Shown piece by piece: positions 40,524 through 49,271 of a stretch of DNA of 58,577 nucleotides. Origin of the DNA: an uncultured Mycoplasmatota bacterium (lineage in GTDB: Bacteria; Bacillota_I; Bacilli_A; RF39; UBA660); the NCBI GenBank assembly GCA_949288035.1, contig CASEIJ010000046.1, forward strand, positions 1-58,577, written 5' to 3'. The position numbers and the translations under genes are program-made. The notes beneath the pieces are model-generated. The model was not told the origin of the DNA. It saw nothing but the letters and a program-made list of their open reading frames with translations, and ran no database searches. Position 1 is the stretch's first letter. Every line of letters starts with the position of its first letter.

Positions 40524-42045
40524 AAAAGATATTGAACTAAGTCAAGAAGTATTTCAAAGTCTTCCTACGAATAACATCAAAAATAAAAAGAAATTTTTAA
40601 CTGAAATAGATAAAGAAATTGCTCACTATCAAGAAACATTAAATACCATTTATCAAGAATTAGTAAATAGACAAAAGCCATATATGTCTTTAACAGAACA
40701 TCAATATGAAGAATATGATGATGCTTTATTACAATTGACAAAAGCACTCTCATATACAAATAACTTAAGTACTGCATACGAGAAATTAAAGTTAGATAAA
40801 AATATTTATTGTTTAACCCATTATCAAAATAATGATTTAAAACAAAATAATCAAATATTAAAAAGAATGATCGATCTTTTCCAAAAAGTAGGAATCCCAT
40901 TACAAAGTAAAGATTTCACTTATACCAAGTTTGTTACTCAGTATATGGATTCCTTTTTCTCCTATCAGTATTATTTAGACAGTAAAGATTTAGAAAAAGT
41001 ATTCGAAGATCTTTATTGGAAAGATTCACATATGATTTTGGAAATAGAACTCAATATGAGACATCTATACTTAAAACATCAATCAGAATTTGAAAAATAC
41101 ATAAAAAAAACAAATCAAACATTACTATCTCATTTTAAACAGGGAGAAAAGAATTTAATCGATGATTATTCTTATTTAAGACATAAATTAGAACAAGTAA
41201 AATTAGAAGATAAAAATAATTTACTTTATTATTTTGTAACTGATACTTATCGCGTGGATGACTATGCAGAAAACAAAATAGAACCACTGATTCAGAAGTA
41301 TTTTAGTCACTATCCAAATCAACAATCATTAGAAGAAGTATATCAAGATACATTAAAGTTATTACATTCTCTTCAAGAATATCAAAATTATACGAAATAC
41401 GATTCATTTATTCAAAAAATGAAGAAGTTATATAAAGAAAATTTAGAGAAGAATGTAATTGCGAAACATATGAAGAAAATCAAAGAATTAGAGAAGAAAT
41501 TATGGAAATTAAATAAGAAATCAACACATTCCAGTAAAAAGACAAAAGTAGATAAATTAGAACCAGAAATTAATCAAGTGATTCAAGATATTCATGAACA
41601 GTATACAGAAATTGACCAAGTGATGTTTCAAACTGTGTTAAAAGAAAATATTCGTGATAATTCAACGATATTTAAAGCACTGTTATTATTAAGTCAATAC
41701 TATTGTTTTGTAGCTGATTTATGTCGTGAACAAAATAGTGACATTACTTATGAAGAGATTGATCAAATCCATCAAGAATTAACTTCTTTTGTATTAAATC
41801 CTGATAATACGATGATAAATAATATGACAATATTAGAAGATGTGAATCTTTCTGATATGGTAATTGCCAATTATCAATTGCTTGGTATTCAGATTACAAA
41901 AGATATGTTAGAAGGAAATCAATTAGATCTCTGTATGAGTGATTTAAAGAAAATATTAGTATATTATCAATTACAAAAACAGAAGATTTCTTTACAATCA
42001 TTAGAAGATATGAAGAAGATTCAAAAAATAATGGAAAAGAAATAA
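40507..42045 (+). CDS. hypothetical all-helical cytoplasmic protein
   Basis: 512 aa, no signal peptide or TM, coiled-coil-like segments; coupled to the adhesin operon. Confidence 0.65.
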   Translation: MKEKIEKDIELSQEVFQSLPTNNIKNKKKFLTEIDKEIAHYQETLNTIYQELVNRQKPYMSLTEHQYEEYDDALLQLTKALSYTNNLSTAYEKLKLDKNIYCLTHYQNNDLKQNNQILKRMIDLFQKVGIPLQSKDFTYTKFVTQYMDSFFSYQYYLDSKDLEKVFEDLYWKDSHMILEIELNMRHLYLKHQSEFEKYIKKTNQTLLSHFKQGEKNLIDDYSYLRHKLEQVKLEDKNNLLYYFVTDTYRVDDYAENKIEPLIQKYFSHYPNQQSLEEVYQDTLKLLHSLQEYQNYTKYDSFIQKMKKLYKENLEKNVIAKHMKKIKELEKKLWKLNKKSTHSSKKTKVDKLEPEINQVIQDIHEQYTEIDQVMFQTVLKENIRDNSTIFKALLLLSQYYCFVADLCREQNSDITYEEIDQIHQELTSFVLNPDNTMINNMTILEDVNLSDMVIANYQLLGIQITKDMLEGNQLDLCMSDLKKILVYYQLQKQKISLQSLEDMKKIQKIMEKK

Positions 42046-42099
42046 AAAAATACCTAAATAGGTTGATTTATGGTACAATGAACATAAAGGAGTAGAAAA

Positions 42100-42630
42100 A
42101 TGAAGAAAGTTTTAAAAGCAATATTAGGAATTATAGGAATTTGTTATCTAGTTGTTGTGATCGCTGTAACAGCATGCTTACTTTGTTACAATAAATATAA
42201 AGTAACAGAAATGTTTGGTTATAGCTTTGTGATTATCGACGATAATTCAGATAGGTATCAAGAAGGAGATCTTGTTTTATTTCAAAAAAATGAATTAAAA
42301 GATATACGACGTACCGATGAGATTTTCTTTTATGAAGTAAAAAATGGTGTAGCTAGTATTCGCTATGGAACCATTACCGAAATAGTTCCTGTAAGTACTG
42401 AGGAAAGTACCTTTACAATTAATGATAATCATGATATTTCAAGTGAGAGTTTGATTGGTAAAACTGAAACAGCAAAAGTTTATCCAAAAATTGGAAAAGT
42501 ATTGGCTGTTTTAGAATCTCGTTTTGGATTTTTACTATTAGTAATCTTGCCAACTTTAGTTTTATTCTTATATGAACTATATCGTGTTATCATTGAAATT
42601 AAAACACCAATTGAAGAAGATGAAGAATGA
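42100..42630 (+). CDS. second SipW-like membrane protein lacking catalytic residues
   Basis: N-terminal TM, FGYSFVII then DDNS (no GSM), EGDLVLF, DEIFF, no HRV, LIGK..PKIG + C-terminal TM. Confidence 0.6.
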   Translation: MKKVLKAILGIIGICYLVVVIAVTACLLCYNKYKVTEMFGYSFVIIDDNSDRYQEGDLVLFQKNELKDIRRTDEIFFYEVKNGVASIRYGTITEIVPVSTEESTFTINDNHDISSESLIGKTETAKVYPKIGKVLAVLESRFGFLLLVILPTLVLFLYELYRVIIEIKTPIEEDEE

Positions 42631-43199
42631 AAAAGACACTGATTTTTATTAGTGTTGTCTTTTTGCTTCTCACAGTATTACAGGTGGCAAATAGTTTTGG
42701 ATTATTTGAAACAAAAATTGAAAATGAAACAGATTTAGAAGTTGCAAAATGGCATATTTTTGTCAATCAGTATGATTTGAATGGTGAAGCTCAAACTTTC
42801 TATGTCGATCAGATTACTTATACGGATCGTCAAGGAAATCGTGTGGATCGTTTCGCTCCAGGAGTCACTGGAATCTTTCAAATCGTTATTGATCCAAAAG
42901 ATACCGAAGTATCTTTTCAATATCGAATGAAAATCGATATGAGTCAAAATCAATATACACAAATTCAACTTGATCAAATTGAAGGACTGAACGGAATTCA
43001 ACTAACGGAACAAGATGGTGTTTACAGTCGTATTATGACATTAAATGAAATAGAAAATGGCGTAAAAGATACCATTCAGGTCACGTTTCACTGGGAGTAT
43101 GATGATCAATACAATGAAAGTGATTCCATGTTAGGACAAACCCCTGATAGTCAATTTACAATTCCAATTTCCATTCAGTTTGAACAGTATACAGAATAG
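42627..43199 (+). CDS. TasA/camelysin-like protein with SipW-class signal peptide
   Basis: NSFG|LF, WHIFVN, FAPG..G.F.I.ID..DTEVSFQY, FHW..D; paralogue of 30406. Confidence 0.72.
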   Translation: MKKTLIFISVVFLLLTVLQVANSFGLFETKIENETDLEVAKWHIFVNQYDLNGEAQTFYVDQITYTDRQGNRVDRFAPGVTGIFQIVIDPKDTEVSFQYRMKIDMSQNQYTQIQLDQIEGLNGIQLTEQDGVYSRIMTLNEIENGVKDTIQVTFHWEYDDQYNESDSMLGQTPDSQFTIPISIQFEQYTE

Positions 43200-43220
43200 A
43201 ATAAAAAGCGTGGTGACATT

Positions 43221-43793
43221 ATGAAGAGTGGGACAATTTATAAAATTGCGAAAATTGTCGGCAATGTTTTATTTGCCGTTTTAGGTATTATTTTATTAAT
43301 ATGTTTATATTCTTTTGTCAGTATGAAAATACTATCACATAAATATGTCAATTTATTTTCATACACATGCTTTCAAATTGGAAGTAATAGTATGTCACCA
43401 ACCATTACAACGAATGATTTAATCATTGTTCATTTAAATGAAGATATAAAAGAGGGGGATATCCTCACATATGAAGATGGAGATACATTTGTAACCCATC
43501 GTGTGATGGAAGTCAATGATACAGGTTATATTACGAAAGGAGATGCCAATCAAAGTGAAGATCAAGCCATCTTAAAAGAACAAGTAGTAGGAAAAGTTGT
43601 TAAAATATTACCAAATTTTGGTGTTTGGTTTAAAGTGATTACAACACCTAAAATTATTATTTTAATATGTATTACACTATTATGTTTTTCACTGGCATTC
43701 TCTTATACAGGAAAAAAATATTTATCGCGAGATGATGATTTTGGTATTTATTACTCTGGTATCAAAATGAAAAAGGAGAATTCAGATGATTGA
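43221..43793 (+). CDS. sipW: signal peptidase I, SipW/ER-type
   Basis: IGSNSMSP (Ser), FVTHRV (His), ITKGDAN..ED, VVGKV. Confidence 0.9.
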   Translation: MKSGTIYKIAKIVGNVLFAVLGIILLICLYSFVSMKILSHKYVNLFSYTCFQIGSNSMSPTITTNDLIIVHLNEDIKEGDILTYEDGDTFVTHRVMEVNDTGYITKGDANQSEDQAILKEQVVGKVVKILPNFGVWFKVITTPKIIILICITLLCFSLAFSYTGKKYLSRDDDFGIYYSGIKMKKENSDD

Positions 43794-44340
43794 TAAAAAG
43801 AAATTTTTATATTTCAATCGTATTACAGTTGCGGTAATTGGAATTTTTATCTTGTTATCATGTACACGTTTTGCTTTTTCTAAATTTTATACAAATGGTC
43901 AAGGAGAAGCAATCAGTGAAATCGCTTTTTATACCATCAATCCAGGCACACAAACGCAGACATTAAAAATGTTTGATATAAAACCAGATGGAAAAGATTA
44001 TGTTTACGATATAAACGTATCGAATTTTCAAGATAACAATGTCAGTGAAGTAGATATGGAATATCACTTATCATTGCGAACAACAACCAATATACCAATT
44101 GAATATAAGATTTATCTGAATGGTAGTACCATGAATGAGTTCAATCAAAAAGAAGTGATTCAAGACGAAGATGGAATGTACTTTTTCCGTTTTCAAGCAC
44201 CAGTAGGAAATTTCCAAAAAAATGTTGAGAAAACAGATCATTATCAATTAGTTGTTAATTTTCCAAGTATATATAACGAAGAAACGTATCAAGACTTAAT
44301 AGAAAGTGTAGAAGTGACAATTGATGCAGAACAATTGTAA
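43786..44340 (+). CDS. secreted subunit with SipW-class signal peptide
   Basis: AFS|KF; INVSNF....SEVDMEY.LSL resembles VNVNSF....SNSDIEY.VSL in 24650. Confidence 0.68.
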   Translation: MIDKKKFLYFNRITVAVIGIFILLSCTRFAFSKFYTNGQGEAISEIAFYTINPGTQTQTLKMFDIKPDGKDYVYDINVSNFQDNNVSEVDMEYHLSLRTTTNIPIEYKIYLNGSTMNEFNQKEVIQDEDGMYFFRFQAPVGNFQKNVEKTDHYQLVVNFPSIYNEETYQDLIESVEVTIDAEQL

Positions 44341-44367
44341 ATTAATTGTGAAAAATGTGAAAAAATG

Positions 44368-44397
44368 TTGCGATACTGATTTTGATTATGATAAAAT
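44368..44397 (+). promoter_or_regulatory. sigmaA-type promoter of the putative major subunit
   Basis: TTGCGA-N18-TAAAAT with TGn extension. Confidence 0.6.
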
Positions 44398-44426
44398 AGA
44401 AATAGTAGAATAGGTAGGGATTATGT

Positions 44427-45449
44427 ATGAAAAAGAATAATAAAAAGAAGAAAGCACAAATGAAAAAAAGAAGATTATTATTATCGCTTCTTCTATTAGT
44501 AGGAACAGGAGTATTTTTAGGAACTGCAACTTATGCATGGTTTACAGCCAATCAAACAGTAGCAGTTAATCCAATCGATGTAAACGTTGCTGCACAAAGT
44601 GGTTTACAAATTTCTGCGGATGCGAAAAATTGGAAATCAATTTTGACTACAACAGATATTACAAGTGCAAGTGGTAATTATAGTGCTGCTAAGAACCAAT
44701 TGCCAACGCAAATGGCACCAGTATCCACAGCTGGAATTATGAATGCTGATGGAACGATGGAAATGTTCTTAGGAGAAGTAAGTTCTGATGAAGATAGTGG
44801 TAACTTTGTTTTAGCATCTACAAAAGAAACAGATCAAAATGGTACAGTGGGTAACTATGTTGTATATGATATGTTTTTACGTACTGAAACAGCTGGACAA
44901 GTTTATTTAACAACAAACTCTGGAATTACATTTGCAGATGAACAAGATAATGGTATTAAGAATGCAACTCGTGTCGCATTTGCCGTTCTTGGAAATACAA
45001 GAAGTGACGATAAAGTTGAAAATATTCAAAAATTAAATGCTGGAGCTGCTGCACCAGTTACAATTTGGGAACCAAACTATGATGACCATACTTCATATGG
45101 TGTTGCTAATGCTCGTGATACTTATGGCAATAATGATTTAGTTGCTGGTACAGGAAATGAAGCTGTTGCATATGATGGTATTAAAGCTGCATTTGGATCA
45201 GATCAAAATATTACACTTGGAAATGCCAATGCTACATCAGCTGGAGCATATTTCCAAAAAGTAACACCACAAATTCAAACAGAAGTTGGATTTAGTGATT
45301 ATAAAGCATTAGTAAATCTAAGTGCTGGAGTTACAAAAATTAGAGTATACTTCTGGATTGAAGGACAAGATGTAGACTGTGAAAACAATGCATCTGGAGG
45401 AAACATTACATTTGACCTACAAATCAGTAGAAATTCATCAGCTGCTTAA
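44427..45449 (+). CDS. putative major TasA-like fibre subunit with SipW-class signal peptide
   Basis: KKKK..RR + hydrophobic helix + GTATYA|WFT; own promoter and terminator; FWIEGQDVDCENNA. Confidence 0.78.
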   Translation: MKKNNKKKKAQMKKRRLLLSLLLLVGTGVFLGTATYAWFTANQTVAVNPIDVNVAAQSGLQISADAKNWKSILTTTDITSASGNYSAAKNQLPTQMAPVSTAGIMNADGTMEMFLGEVSSDEDSGNFVLASTKETDQNGTVGNYVVYDMFLRTETAGQVYLTTNSGITFADEQDNGIKNATRVAFAVLGNTRSDDKVENIQKLNAGAAAPVTIWEPNYDDHTSYGVANARDTYGNNDLVAGTGNEAVAYDGIKAAFGSDQNITLGNANATSAGAYFQKVTPQIQTEVGFSDYKALVNLSAGVTKIRVYFWIEGQDVDCENNASGGNITFDLQISRNSSAA

Positions 45450-45476
45450 AAGAATGAGATTTCATTCTTTTTTTTT
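45448..45476 (+). terminator. intrinsic terminator closing the fibre locus
   Basis: AAAAGAATGA-GATT-TCATTCTTTT plus long T tract. Confidence 0.8.
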
Positions 45477-45503
45477 CATATTCTTTTTTCGCACTCATAT
45501 AGT
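45476..45503 (+). promoter_or_regulatory. putative sigmaE promoter of spoIVA
   Basis: TCATATT-N13-CATATAGT; spoIVA is sigmaE-controlled in B. subtilis. Confidence 0.55.
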
Positions 45504-45529
45504 TAATTGAAAGAGAAAGTAGGGATTGA

Positions 45530-47005
45530 ATGGAAAAAACAGACATTATTAAAAGTATCAGTAACCGTACAGGTGGTGATATTTATTTAGGAGTAGTGGG
45601 GGCAGTACGTACAGGGAAATCTACTTTTATCAAGAAAGTGATTGAAACTTTAGTTGTCCCTAACATCGAAGATGAATACGAAAAGAAAAGGGCACTGGAT
45701 GAGATTCCTCAAAGTGCTCAAGGAAAGACAATCATGACAACAGAACCAAAGTTTGTACCAAGTCAGGCAGCTACCATTCATATTGATGAAGTAGAAGCCA
45801 AAATTAGATTAGTTGACTGTGTAGGGTATGTCATTCCAAATGCCAAAGGTTATGAGGATGAGAATGGCCCTAGAATGGTAAAAACACCATGGTATGATGA
45901 ACAAATACCATTTGTTGAAGCAGCAGAAATTGGTACAGAAAAAGTAATCAAAGATCATTCTACCATTGGTATTGTCGTAACAACAGATGGCTCTATCGGA
46001 GAATTAACACGTAATGATTATGTAGAAGCTGAAGAAAGAGTCGTCAGTGAATTAAAAGAAATGGGTAAACCATTTATTGTTATCTTAAACTCAACACATC
46101 CAATGTTACCAGAAACAGAACGTTTGAGTGAAAAATTAACAGAAACTTATGAAGTACCAGTACTACCAATTAGTGTAGAAAATATGACAGAACGAGATAT
46201 TTATAGTATTTTAAGAGAAGCTCTTTATGAATTTCCAGTAGCAGAAGTAAATATTAATATGCCTGAATGGATTGGATGTTTATCTAAAGATCATTGGTTA
46301 AAGAAAATATATGTAGAAAAGATTAGAGAAAGTGTGATTGACATTGATAAATTAAAAGATGTTGATCAAATTATTACACCATTTCAAGATTGTGAATATA
46401 TCTCTCGTGCATATTTATCAGATGTTAATACTGAAACTGGTGTGATTACTCTTACATTAGACTGTCCAAATGATTTATATGGTACTGTATTAAAAGAAAT
46501 TATCGGAGTAGACATCACATCAAAATCAGCCCTTTTATCACTCTTCCAAGAATATCAAACAGCAAAAAAAGAATACGATCAAGTAAAAGATGCACTTGCT
46601 ATGGTAAAACAAACTGGTTATGGGGTTGCTACACCAACACTCCAAGATATGAAATTATCAACACCAGAAATTATTAAACAAGGAAGTCGTTATGGTGTAA
46701 AATTAAAAGCAGTAGCTCCATCAATTCATATGATCCGTGTCGATGTTGAATCTACCTTTGAACCAATTATCGGATCAGAATTACAAAGTAAAGAATTAAT
46801 TCAATATCTCATGAAAGATCATGACAATGATCCAGCAAGTATTTGGAAAAGCGAAATATTTGGACGTAGTTTAGATGTTATTGTCAAAGAAGGAATTCAA
46901 GCTAAAATTTCACTATTGCCTGATAATGTACGCTTTAAATTACAAACTACACTCTCTAAATTAGTCAATAAAGGTTCTGGTAATTTATTTGCTATTGTAC
47001 TTTAG
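45530..47005 (+). CDS. spoIVA: stage IV sporulation protein A (coat morphogenetic ATPase)
   Basis: RTGGDIYLGVVGAVRTGKSTFIK, IMTTEPKFVP, LVDCVGY, HSTIGIVVTTDGSI. Confidence 0.97.
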   Translation: MEKTDIIKSISNRTGGDIYLGVVGAVRTGKSTFIKKVIETLVVPNIEDEYEKKRALDEIPQSAQGKTIMTTEPKFVPSQAATIHIDEVEAKIRLVDCVGYVIPNAKGYEDENGPRMVKTPWYDEQIPFVEAAEIGTEKVIKDHSTIGIVVTTDGSIGELTRNDYVEAEERVVSELKEMGKPFIVILNSTHPMLPETERLSEKLTETYEVPVLPISVENMTERDIYSILREALYEFPVAEVNINMPEWIGCLSKDHWLKKIYVEKIRESVIDIDKLKDVDQIITPFQDCEYISRAYLSDVNTETGVITLTLDCPNDLYGTVLKEIIGVDITSKSALLSLFQEYQTAKKEYDQVKDALAMVKQTGYGVATPTLQDMKLSTPEIIKQGSRYGVKLKAVAPSIHMIRVDVESTFEPIIGSELQSKELIQYLMKDHDNDPASIWKSEIFGRSLDVIVKEGIQAKISLLPDNVRFKLQTTLSKLVNKGSGNLFAIVL

Positions 47006-47048
47006 AATAAAACAATAAAAAATCACCATACTAAAAGTGGTGATTTTT

Positions 47049-47555
47049 ATGTATTATTTAAATACATTTTTATTATATTCTATATTGGGATTTCTTTTAG
47101 AAACAGTTCGTTCTTTTTTGGTAAATAGTAAATTTACTAGTGGTATTTTATATGGCCCATGGACACCTATTTATGGCATTGGTATAGTTATTGTGATTCT
47201 TATTTCCAATTATTTATTTGCTCATCTTCATTTATCTAGATGGGTAGAAACATTTATTACTTTTGTGATTATTACTCTTATTTTAACATTATTAGAATGG
47301 ATTGGTGGAATTCTTATTGAAAAAATATTTCATACTGTTTTTTGGGATTATAGTAAAGAAGCATTTTCTATTGGAAAGTATATTTCTCTTAGTAAGAGTT
47401 TGATGTGGGGTGTAGGATCTATTCTCTTTATTTATGTATTAAAACCATTATTAGAAGGCGTTATAAAACATATTCCTATACCAGTTACTATCATTCTTAC
47501 TTTACTTATGTTATCTGATTTCATACTTACCTTTGTAAATAAGAGTAGAATTTAA
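47049..47555 (+). CDS. putative ABC-transporter permease-like membrane protein (CmpB/TmcB family)
   Basis: FLLYSILGFLLE, GILYGPWTPIYG, LEWxxG, FWDYS and SLMWG motifs. Confidence 0.8.
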   Translation: MYYLNTFLLYSILGFLLETVRSFLVNSKFTSGILYGPWTPIYGIGIVIVILISNYLFAHLHLSRWVETFITFVIITLILTLLEWIGGILIEKIFHTVFWDYSKEAFSIGKYISLSKSLMWGVGSILFIYVLKPLLEGVIKHIPIPVTIILTLLMLSDFILTFVNKSRI

Positions 47556-47608
47556 AGTATTTTATTTTGATGACACAAAAAAAGGGAATATTCCCTTTAT
47601 ACGATTGA

Positions 47609-48742
47609 CTAATTGGTATAGCGTAATGTTTCGTTTGAAATATTAAAGATAATACCAACCATAATCATATAACTAAGAAGACTCGAACCACCATAACTAA
47701 TAAATGGTAGGGTAATTCCGGTAATTGGCATTAATCCAATTGTCATTCCAATGTTTTGAAATTGTTGATATATTAACATTCCTACAATTCCACCAATCAC
47801 ATATTTATTAATATTAGAATTATTTTTAATAGCAATCATAATCAATTTTACATTAAAGAAAATAAGTAATGAGATGAGTGCAAGAGAACCGATAAATCCA
47901 AAGTTACTACCAAATACTGCAAAGATAAAATCAGTCTGTGGTTCAGGAAAATAGACAGGTGTATTGTTAAAACCATGGCCAAATAATCCAGCACTACCAA
48001 TCGCACTAATTCCATTTTCTAATTGATATCCACTTTTATTCGACCAATCTAGTAATCGATCTACACGTAAGAAAAAACTTGTTCCAAATATTTTAACGAA
48101 TAAATCTTGATTAATAAAATAAATACCTAGAATGATAGCAATTACAAATGCACAAATACTAAATAAAAGAGCAAACCAACGATAGCGAATTCCTGATATA
48201 AAAAGCATCACGACAGTAATTAATAAATAGATTAATACAACCCCTGTATCTGGCTGTAAGAAGGTTAAAAGACTAGGAATTCCTACCACAATCCCTACTT
48301 TTATTAAGAACTTAAACTCTTCCATAATACTAGGATTATCAAAATTCTCATTAAATTTCTGAATCATAGAACCAAGTGTCATAATTAAAATAATTTTCAT
48401 AAACTCACTTGGTTGAATGGTACCTAAATTCCAAGGAAGGGTATACCAACATTTCGCATCATTAATCGATGTTCCAAAAAAGAATAAACCAAATAAGGAT
48501 AATACACCAATTCCATATAAGATCCATATATTTCGATATATAAAATCATTTCCAATAAACATAATAAAGTAGGCAAGAGCAAATCCAATGACATACCATA
48601 TCACTTGTTTTAAAGCTAAATTCTGCATATCAGCACCTAGTAAACTCTGAGCACTATATATTGTAATAACACTGATTATGGCAAACAATATCATTGGAAT
48701 TAATACACCTTTATCTACTTTATACTTTGAAATGTTTTTCAT
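47609..48742 (-). CDS. rodA: SEDS family peptidoglycan polymerase (RodA-like)
   Basis: IQPSEFMK, QPDTG, PEPQTDFIF and GITLPFISYGGSS motifs. Confidence 0.88.
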   Translation of the reverse strand: MKNISKYKVDKGVLIPMILFAIISVITIYSAQSLLGADMQNLALKQVIWYVIGFALAYFIMFIGNDFIYRNIWILYGIGVLSLFGLFFFGTSINDAKCWYTLPWNLGTIQPSEFMKIILIMTLGSMIQKFNENFDNPSIMEEFKFLIKVGIVVGIPSLLTFLQPDTGVVLIYLLITVVMLFISGIRYRWFALLFSICAFVIAIILGIYFINQDLFVKIFGTSFFLRVDRLLDWSNKSGYQLENGISAIGSAGLFGHGFNNTPVYFPEPQTDFIFAVFGSNFGFIGSLALISLLIFFNVKLIMIAIKNNSNINKYVIGGIVGMLIYQQFQNIGMTIGLMPITGITLPFISYGGSSLLSYMIMVGIIFNISNETLRYTN

Positions 48743-48870
48743 AAACATCACCTTATTTCATATTACACTAATTTTTCTTTTGTTACAACAAAACTGTTTC
48801 AATATGACAAAAAATATCGATTTCATTGCAATTTCTCTTTGATATGTAGTATAATAAGGTCGGTGATAGA

Positions 48871-49188
48871 ATGGAAAACTGGATACAATATTTAATTATT
48901 TTAATTATATTAATTATTATTGGAATTGCGATTACGCGTTCTAAGAAAAAAGACTTTAAAATGGAAGTAAATAAATTAGTAAATTACTTAGGAGGAAAAG
49001 ATAATATTATCGATTATGAATTTCACAAATCTCGTTTTATTGTCAATGTCAAAGATGTAGATAAGGTAAATAAAGAAGGAATTCAAAAACTAGGGGCGCA
49101 AGGAATTGTAGAGATTGAAAACCAATTAAAAATTATCTTAGGCCCTGATACAACCCATATTAAGAAATATATTGATGCATTAAAGTGA
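48871..49188 (+). CDS. membrane-anchored stand-alone PTS EIIB-like domain (Cys replaced by His)
   Basis: N-terminal TM; LGGKDNI..EFHKSRF.V.VKD..KV....LGA.G matches the glucose-class EIIB pattern. Confidence 0.7.
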   Translation: MENWIQYLIILIILIIIGIAITRSKKKDFKMEVNKLVNYLGGKDNIIDYEFHKSRFIVNVKDVDKVNKEGIQKLGAQGIVEIENQLKIILGPDTTHIKKYIDALK

Positions 49189-49213
49189 TAAAATATCACT
49201 TTTTTTGTGCTTT

Positions 49214-49230
49214 TTCGACAAGATTCGACA
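49214..49230 (-). promoter_or_regulatory. tandem Spo0A boxes
   Basis: TTCGACA at 49214-49220 and 49224-49230, i.e. TGTCGAA twice on the minus strand, 10-bp period. Confidence 0.75.
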
Positions 49231-49271
49231 AATATCATTGATATTCTAGAAATGAAAGAAAGGGGATTTGT

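Noticed and set aside
23400-45500. Mobile genomic island or prophage
   Set aside because: No integrase, transposase, relaxase, phage structural gene, tRNA target or flanking direct repeat seen; composition looks similar to the flanks.
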